In this document: piece after piece, positions 56,510 through 64,000 of the stretch
Position numbering within the stretch: position 1 is the stretch's first letter
How the letters are laid out: each line of letters opens with the position of its first letter
Assembly (NCBI GenBank): GCA_025201805.1
Contig: MU619334.1
Coordinates: 60,888 to 124,887, forward strand
DNA: 64,000 nucleotides
From: Parasitella parasitica NRRL 2501
Lineage: Eukaryota > Fungi > Mucoromycota
Reading direction: 5' to 3'
Position numbers and translations under genes: made by a program
Notes under the pieces: generated by a model
Database searches by the model: none
Seen by the model: only the letters and a program-made list of their open reading frames with translations
Told to the model about the DNA's origin: nothing

Positions 56510-57925
56510 GTCCACATCGCCAAGCTCTTCTAGCCAAGTGAAGGAATCCCGTTTCAAAACATTACTGAAATCGAAAAAAGCAGAGGTCCGCAAGCAAGAT
56601 CCTTCCGAGGAAAAAGTCTTGACAAAAAAACTAATCAAAATGATGATCAAAATGATGAAGACTTTGTAAGTACTCTGTGATGTATTCTTGTCAATGCATA
56701 TTGACATGATCTGTTCTAGTTCTGAAACAGCTTGATTTATCAGAAAAGTTTAATAGAAATTAATCAGGTGAAGATCCGTTTATTACATTCAAAAATAGAG
56801 GGTTTATATACTTTCTATGAACTGGGTGAAGCGATGTGAAGATAAAGGTTTTAGTGATGAGATCCGGGAGATAGGGCAGACTGTATCTATCCTAAATGTC
56901 ATGTCATATTATTTTATGATATGATGTTTTAGAATTGAAACATCACTATCCACAAACAGATAGAAAGATCAGCCATTACCCAAATCTTGCATCGTTGAAA
57001 CGTCTCAAATTGTATGGAATCCAAGTTTACTGTAAGTCTCTACTTCATGCATGCCAAAATTGACTGATATACGCGCTAAAACTCTTGTGAAAAAATATAG
57101 TAAATCAAATAATTATCTACAGCCTTTCAAGAACATCATCGTCGTACTGGGTGTTCCTTCGCGAGCAAAGCATATGCATACCTTCCATTAGCGCGTTATT
57201 TCAAAATCAGCTGCGGTTATTTGTGGTCTTTGAACGAAATGCTTAAAGAAGTCGATTGTAATTTTCAGGAGTTTTTGAAGGAAAGCAATGAAGAGCACAT
57301 TTCATCTTCTGATTCCGAGTGTGTCTTGCCCGAAGTATCGCCAAGAAAAAAATAGAAGAACAAAGCATAGTTGTATTGTTTTTATTTTTCATCTTCTGCC
57401 TTTCCTTTTTTTTTTTTATATATCATTTCATTCTATATCAACTCTTTTTATCATTTCATATATAAAAGCAAGTGATGTATCAATTATATACAATACTCAA
57501 TAAAACCCATTCAATTTGCTAAATCTGAACTTATCTTCCTTATCAACTCCAAAATGAAAACAGAGAGCAGTACATTGGATTACAAACTCATTTAATATTA
57601 TAGTCTTATTTAAAATGGCAAACAATTGTCTTTTTAGGTCAAGTCAAATTGGCTTTCCTAAGGGTTATTGTCGGCTACGCTGAGAAGCTTTAATTCTTTC
57701 TTTTCATTCTTATAGCTAACTAGTATGGTAAAAAACACTTTTTTTTCAATAAAGATGGACAAAACAATGTCTATAATGAAGAGAGAGAAAGAGTCTTTGA
57801 TCTAATGGAAGGTATGTTGACCGAAATCGTTGATCCAAACATAGTACTCGAGCCAAAAGTCCTACCTGAGTCTCAATACCAGCAGACAATGACCAGACCA
57901 GCAAGGTATTTATCGACCGAATGAT
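56510..57925 (+). pseudogene. Degraded coding remnants of unknown family
   Basis: Short coding-like patches with intron-like signals and many stops (NQNDDQNDEDF; FQEFLKESNEEHISSSDSECVLPEVSPRKK; DGQNNVYNEERERVFDLMEGMLTE). Confidence 0.3.
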
Positions 57926-58193
57926 AGGGGCCGCACGGATTTTGGTAAAATGTACACCTCATTACAAATTAAGAAGCCTAATGATATTGGCTATTCTTCG
58001 TTATGTGATTTAGTTACTTTCATTTGCATAACGGACGAAAGCAAGATGATGCCATCCACTCATCATGATAATGAGTCCCACAACAACAGCCCAGCCTTGC
58101 ACAAGAATACGCACGTACACGGGCAGCAACAGCAACAAGGTCTTGGTTTTGTTAGATATACATATTTAATGATGAGATGAATAAAGCAAAGAC

Positions 58194-60053
58194 TTATCCT
58201 TCAGCATGGACAACAGAGCTTGTTCTTTTTTGGCCTTTGGATGGAGAGAAATGCACCGGCACATGATTGACAGTGTTCCTTGGCGGGGATGATGAACGAT
58301 AATCAAGAATGTCATTGCTTATGTCTACAAGACCATAATCTTCTTCGGCTTTTGATAGTTGGACGATCACTTTTCTTCCATTGTCTATGGTACATTTCTT
58401 CCAATTGTACAAAGCGATCAAGGAAAAACGGAACTGGTCTAATCCGATAAAACTCTCTGGGATAGTAAACGACCCAACTTTATAAGCAACAGAGCACCCA
58501 TCAAAACTAAACAGCTGCGAAATGTAGGCTCGTCTTCCAGAAAAGTCGAAATAGTTGATACGAGTGTTGGTGTTGCCAAGGAGAAGATTGATATCATTGG
58601 AAATACAGGCGTTGATACGGAGGTTTTTGCTCTGTTGATGAGTCAGTACATCAGTCGACACACTTGTCTTCTTGAATTCATTTGAACAAAGGTCGTATTG
58701 TTCTTTGGCTTCTTTACTTCTCACAATCAAATCAATTCTGCGGCCGTATTCAGATTCATCTTCCGTGAGTATCTTCATTCTTTTGGTTGATCGTGATACC
58801 GTTTCACCGTCGTAAAAGGTAATGTTGGTATCTTTCATTAACAAGTCATCAAGTAACTGGGAAAACATTCTGAGGTGAGTGGCTTCTGATAGCCTTTGTT
58901 CGTTTTTGTATACTTTAAAGCATCTAACCCTACATTGTAAATGTAAAATTAAAAAAACGGGTTACAAGTCTTAGGCTAGTATACTTACAGAGAACTAACA
59001 ATACATAAAATTGCGTATCTTTCAGATCCTTTGTTTGTGATTTTGGCCTTTTCATTATCCAAGTACACCAAGATGCGGGAAATATCTTCACTAAATATTG
59101 TCATAAAAAAAAGGCCTTGATTCCCATTTACACCCCCCCCCATTTCTTTACTCCATACTTACTCGAATTGGAACTGATTCAAATCATCAAATATTTGATT
59201 TATCATTTCCTTTGTTTCTGCTGGACAGCTGGTTTGATATTCGCTTTTATTGACATTGCATGAGTTGCAAATCTGTCGGAAAATACTTGGCGAAATGACT
59301 TTTTGATACAATTCTTTATATCTGTCACTCAATAAATTGATACATGAAGAATTGAGCAGCTTTAAGAATTCTATTTCAACAGTCGAACTGCCCAATTTGA
59401 GGCTTCCTGCGTTCGCCAGCATTAAAGATTTGAGTGAGAACTTGGCTTCTTTCTTTTTGTCGTCTTTATCATCAGCCTCCTCATTGTCAGCCTCCTCATT
59501 GTCAGCCGCCTCATTGTCAGCTTCGTCATCATCGTCAGCCTCCTCACCATCGCCAGCTTCATCATCATTGTCAGCCTTGTCGTCTTCATCTTCATTGGCG
59601 GCGGTATTTAATACATCAGCAGCCCCTTTGATGTTTGTCAGTCTGAGAGAACGAATGGCCTTCCTCTTCAGTTTATTAGAGCATGTTAGCGTACCAACTT
59701 GAGATATAATATGATTAGGCATACTTTGGCAACTACAATCTGATGAATATACTTGAATGTAGGGCTAGTTTTCTTTATCCTAAATGGATGTTAAAAAATG
59801 TTTAAAGAGTTGAAGTAGCCCGTACTTACATTCCAACCAGCGGTTTGCCTGGTCTGACAATGACCACGGAATTGTTGTACGCCTTTGCCCAAGCTCGTTC
59901 CAATGATATAGCTTTATCATTTGATGATAGCTTTACAGATATATCTTCAATCTTCCTCTCGTTCATTTTAGTGAAATGTTTGAAGGTGGGTTTGCTATGA
60001 AGCCTCAAGTAGTTGGCTATAAGCGTGTTTTGTCTTTCCATCTTGATTTGCAT
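58194..60053 (-). CDS. PD-(D/E)xK restriction-endonuclease-fold protein of a Mucoromycota-expanded type (4 exons, apparently intact)
   Basis: The last exon has SEA, DGETVSRSTK, GRRIDLIV, LCSNEFKK and QQSKNLRIN (E...D...ExK pattern). GT-AG introns at about 59829-59780, 59162-59089 and 58989-58931 appear to keep the frame. Start is 60053 or 60041. Confidence 0.7.
59470..59595 (-). repeat. Coding 15-nt minisatellite giving (ADNEE)-type acidic repeats
   Basis: TCAGCCTCCTCATTG units on the + strand. Protein reads ADNDDEAGDGEEADDDDEADNEAADNEEADNEEADD. Confidence 0.8.
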
Positions 60054-60180
60054 TGAATAAAAAAAAAAGATGACAACTGCATATTTTTTTTTGGCGTGTT
60101 GAAATATGACAAAAATTGCGTCACCAATTGACGCTTCAAAAAAAAGACGTTTTATTCTCGGAAACTTCTGTAGCTTCTTG

Positions 60181-61197
60181 GTGTCTTGCAATAATGACAT
60201 TTAGACCTTAGGCTATGTCGGTAGCAGCCTTAGGCAGCGCTCTTAGTGAAAATGTAGTTGTACTCTTGAACTCTATTGAGGGAAACCACGTAAGCACTAT
60301 ATGAGTAGCGTAATTATTGCAAGACATCATTTTAATAATATGATTTTCAAGTCGAGGTAAGCATTACAATAGAAGCAAGTATGACCTAAGCTAATCATAT
60401 TGTTAGTTTTCTTGGTTTGGAGTATATATGCACGTTAGTGTCTTGCAATAATGTAGGAATCTGACATTTAGACCTTAGGCTATGTCGGTAGCAGCCTTAG
60501 GCAGCGCCCTTAGTGAAAATGTAGCTGTGCTCTTGAACTCTATTGAGGGAAACCACGTAAGCACTATATGAGTAGCGTAATTATTGCAAGACATCATTTT
60601 AATAATATGATTTCAAGTCGAGGTAAGCATTACGATAGAAGTAAGTATGACCTGAGCTAATTGTATTTTTTATTTTCCTTATTTTGGAGCAAATACAGAC
60701 ATTAGTGTCTTGCAGTAATGTAGGAATCTGACATTTAGACCTTAGGCTATGTCGGTAGCAGCCTTAGGCAGCGCCCTTAGTGAAAATGTAGCTGTGCTCT
60801 TGAACTCTATTGAGGGAAACCACGTAAGCACTATATGAGTAGCGTAATTATTGCAAGACATCATTTTAATAATATGATTTCAAGTCGAGGTAAGCATTAC
60901 GATAGAAGTAAGTATGACCTGAGCTAATTGTATTTTTTATTTTCCTTATTTTGGAGCAAATACAGACATTAGTGTCTTGCAGTAATGTAGGAATCTGACA
61001 TTTAGACCTTAGGCTATGTCGGTAGCAGCCTTAGGCAGCGCCCTTAGTGAAAATGTAGCTGTGCTCTTGAACTCTATTGAGGGAAACCACGTAAGCACTA
61101 TATGAGTAGCGTAATTATTGCAAGACATCATTTTAATAATATGATTTCAAGTTAAGGTAAGCATTACAATAGAAGCAAGTATAATCTGAGCTAATCG
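60181..61197. repeat. Tandem array of ~3.8 units with a 267-bp period
   Basis: The ATGTCGGTAGCAGCC landmark recurs at 60215, 60482, 60749 and 61016. Each unit contains TGTCTTGCA(A/G)TAAT...ATTATTGCAAGACA. Confidence 0.97.
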
Positions 61198-62060
61198 TGT
61201 AATACTGATTCCATTAAAAGAAGTAAACAACGTCGGTCGCTTCAAGCTTCGAGTAAGCTATCATCGCTTGGATCACTACGGCAATTCACTCTTCCGCAGA
61301 ATGGGAAACACTTGGTGGCAATGAAGACATTCATATTTGAAGTATCTAATGCTATCGATTATCTTCCTCAGCTGTATTCTGCTGCTATCATTAACGCTGC
61401 TACTACCATTATATTTTCATTACAAGCTAATTCCTAATTGTCCCCATCTTCATCCCGAACAGTGGAAGAAAATGATGGTATCATCTGTCTGGCGTCTCGG
61501 ACGGGCGTGGCTGCGTACATATCCCAAAAATTCTAATGCACATATCTCAAACTCTAAATGCGGAAACAAGTTGTTCGTAGTCAAAATGCATTCATTATTG
61601 TGATGGTAAATCTTGTATACTTGAAATTTAAACTATACAGAAATAAAAATTATTAGTAAATACGGCATGTAGTTGAAATTCTAGTACATGGTGGAATAGA
61701 TCGATAATTTTATGTAGAAAAAGAAACCAAAAGCAAAAGTCTTTTTTAAAGAGAAAAAAAGACATAGCCTTCATTAAAGCTATATTATATTTTACAGGAT
61801 TTCGAAAAAATAAAAAAAGGGTTATTATTATGTGTGAACGTTCGCTCACGTATGCTGTAGTTGAGATTTAGACACCACATAGGGTTTGAAAATAGATACA
61901 TAAGTTGTAAATAATACAACCGAAAAATAAGAAGCAATAGCTAAATGTGTGGATTGTGCTAATGAGACATACAAACAATGACCGTTTTCAATCAATGACC
62001 AATTCGGGATCGATTGTTCTACTTTTGGAAGAGACAAGATCCAAAACACATACTTTTCGC

Positions 62061-63536
62061 ATGGTAGAATCACAACAGCAACAGCAACAATCTTCTAGCG
62101 ATTCCAACAACAGGAGGCCCATGTTATGGACCCATGTTGTCAAATCTCGAAAAAAAGGCAAAAATCAAAAGGAACAGATTGTTTCTTTCAACCCAACCTT
62201 GATAACGAGACCAGTAACTGAGGCAGAGTCGACTCAGAATGCACTCAACGGCGCTACACCTCCGGCTCCCATGGCCGTTATACGTCCGTTCATTAAAGGA
62301 ATGGAGCAGGATTCTATATTAATTGACCTTACGACTATCAAAGATAGATCGCTCTTGAACAAAGAACTTCTCAAGTTCAACGAGGAAGCTGAAAAACATG
62401 GCCTTACTGAAGAATTTTTGGGTTATCGACGCCAAACCCGTAAATATCTTGGACATGAATTCCTCGAAACGATGTGGACTCCTTCTTCTCCTAGCCGCCA
62501 GACTATCATTGACTCTGGTATCACTCTTGAAGATGGCACCTTTGTTAAAGGTTTCCCATCCTACAACGCGGACGCCACCATTGTTCGCTTGAAGTTGGAA
62601 AACCTTCCTTTTCTTCCAGCAATGGAACTAAAAGACGAAATGGCAAAACGTTTGTCTGATTTTGGCAATGTTTTGGACCATGGCATCTCTAAAGCAGATG
62701 GCATCTTTCATGGGGAAGGTTATGCTACCTTAAACCTCACCGTCAAAAACTCTGCTGAGAGTCAGTGTCAGGAAACACACACTCATGGATCATCTTGTTC
62801 GCGCTTCAACCAATTGGAGCAGCTATCTCGGGTTATTATTTGGGACCCTCTTGCAATTGATCCTCGCAAGATTCTCTTACAATGGGATACTATGCCTAAC
62901 TTTTGTCGCAACTGTCAAGCTTCTGATCACTGCCGTGCGGATTGCCCGGATTACAAAAAATGGGTTAGATGTTACCATTGCAACAAACATGGGCATGTTG
63001 CCAAAAACTGTGACCGAAACAATTCTGAGTCAGTGCCAGCAAAAGTGAGGGTTGTGGAATCCTCCCCTTCCAAAACCAAGGATCGCAAAAGCAATAAAAC
63101 TACTGCCTCATACAAAGCGAATACCCAGTCATCAGTTGCTACTGGTACTGGTACTGATATTTCCAATTCGAATTATGTTAGCATCGACGGGAAAGAAGAG
63201 GACCAGTTGATGGGCGAAGTTTCTCGCCCACCCTATGAGACAGCAGACGAGCTAATGGGAGTATCACTAGATTCTGCTGCCACGGATACATCGAATGAGG
63301 GTTTTGAGGATACCCTTCCTAAATCCACTTCTGTTATTTCTGATGCTATGGCATTAACCCTTGTCTCCCGTGATATACCGACGGATCGATCTTCTACTGT
63401 GGATCCTTCCAAACCAGCCTCGAAATTTGCTAGAAGAAACAGTTCTTCTGATATTAGTTCCATAAGAAATCAAGTTAATGAACAGAGCAGCTTGCTTCCT
63501 GCCTCGCCAGGATTCCAACCTCCGCTTAATCAATAA
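62061..63536 (+). CDS. LINE ORF1 (Gag-like, RRM-like region + two CCHC knuckles)
   Basis: LKLENLPFL...LSDFGNVLDHG...FHGEGYATL, CRNCQASDHCRADC and CYHCNKHGHVAKNC. The frame is open from 61947, so the start codon is uncertain. Confidence 0.88.
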   Translation: MVESQQQQQQSSSDSNNRRPMLWTHVVKSRKKGKNQKEQIVSFNPTLITRPVTEAESTQNALNGATPPAPMAVIRPFIKGMEQDSILIDLTTIKDRSLLNKELLKFNEEAEKHGLTEEFLGYRRQTRKYLGHEFLETMWTPSSPSRQTIIDSGITLEDGTFVKGFPSYNADATIVRLKLENLPFLPAMELKDEMAKRLSDFGNVLDHGISKADGIFHGEGYATLNLTVKNSAESQCQETHTHGSSCSRFNQLEQLSRVIIWDPLAIDPRKILLQWDTMPNFCRNCQASDHCRADCPDYKKWVRCYHCNKHGHVAKNCDRNNSESVPAKVRVVESSPSKTKDRKSNKTTASYKANTQSSVATGTGTDISNSNYVSIDGKEEDQLMGEVSRPPYETADELMGVSLDSAATDTSNEGFEDTLPKSTSVISDAMALTLVSRDIPTDRSSTVDPSKPASKFARRNSSSDISSIRNQVNEQSSLLPASPGFQPPLNQ

Positions 63537-63540
63537 TTTA

Positions 63541-64000
63541 ATGAATATTATACACCATACAGTTAAAATCGCCACCCTTAATTGCCGTGGCCTCAAAAAA
63601 TCAGAAAATCCAAAAAAAAGACAACAATTCATTAGATATCTTAGAACACTAGATTACGATATTTTAGTGCTCCAAGAAACACACGCAACAGACTCTATTA
63701 CCATGGATCTTTTAAATAATCATTTTCAAAGCAAGTCGAGCCATTGGACTCAACATTGCGGCATCGTATCTTTATCCACCAAATTTTCAATTCATCCTAT
63801 ATCTGAAGGCATTGATGGCGGTCGTTATATCCTAGCATCCATTCATTTGACACAGGACTATGAACAATCAACTACTACGCCTCCACTAGCAACTATATTA
63901 AACATTTATGGTCGATCAGCCCTTCATTCTGTTCGATCAGCTTTTTATTTAGAATTACTTGACATTCCCATTGTCAAAGACACTATTACATCAACACCCA
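63541..64000 (+). CDS. LINE ORF2 N-terminus (APE endonuclease), partial
   Basis: MNIIHHTVKIATLNCRGLKK...YDILVLQETH...WTQHCGIVSL...GGRYIL...ILNIYG, open to the window end. Confidence 0.92.
   Translation, partial: MNIIHHTVKIATLNCRGLKKSENPKKRQQFIRYLRTLDYDILVLQETHATDSITMDLLNNHFQSKSSHWTQHCGIVSLSTKFSIHPISEGIDGGRYILASIHLTQDYEQSTTTPPLATILNIYGRSALHSVRSAFYLELLDIPIVKDTITSTP

Larger units (their letters stand above)
61850..64000 (+). mobile_element. L1-like non-LTR retrotransposon, 5' part (runs off the window; 5' boundary approximate)
   Basis: A Gag-like ORF1 with zinc knuckles is followed directly by an APE endonuclease ORF2. Confidence 0.92.

Noticed and set aside
60260-60300. Hammerhead ribozyme suggested by a short hairpin followed by GAAAC
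   Set aside because: No CUGANGA core at the required position on either strand.
60181-61197. CRISPR array interpretation of the tandem repeat
   Set aside because: The context is eukaryotic, units are 267 bp, variable segments are partly homologous or identical, and there are no cas genes.

Overview
Eukaryotic genomic DNA, AT-rich with short GT-AG introns, most consistent with a Mucorales fungus (inferred from gene families and intron style). Positions 1-55.5 kb are gene-dense. They hold a White-collar-2-like PAS/GATA factor, two F-box genes, Snu23/ZMAT2, Trm9, a PIGBOS1-like microprotein, a TM-ARM-SPRY protein, an ankyrin protein, a DDRGK1-like protein, an alpha-arrestin, a PKA catalytic subunit, an MFS sugar porter, adenylosuccinate synthetase, a Pex22-like protein, three pepsin-family proteases plus a pseudogene around BMS1, an SDR and NRK1. 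A decayed PIF/Harbinger element and several non-autonomous-element-like repeats are interspersed. The last ~8.5 kb has no housekeeping genes. It holds gene remnants, an apparently intact PD-(D/E)xK nuclease-like gene, a 4-unit 267-bp tandem array just upstream of that gene, and the 5' part of an L1-like LINE. Each array unit has a near-invariant core bracketed by a 14-bp inverted repeat, splice-like signals, a 29-codon ORF and a more variable ~40-nt segment. The nuclease plus array module is the most intriguing object. All exon boundaries were read by eye and no database searches were run.
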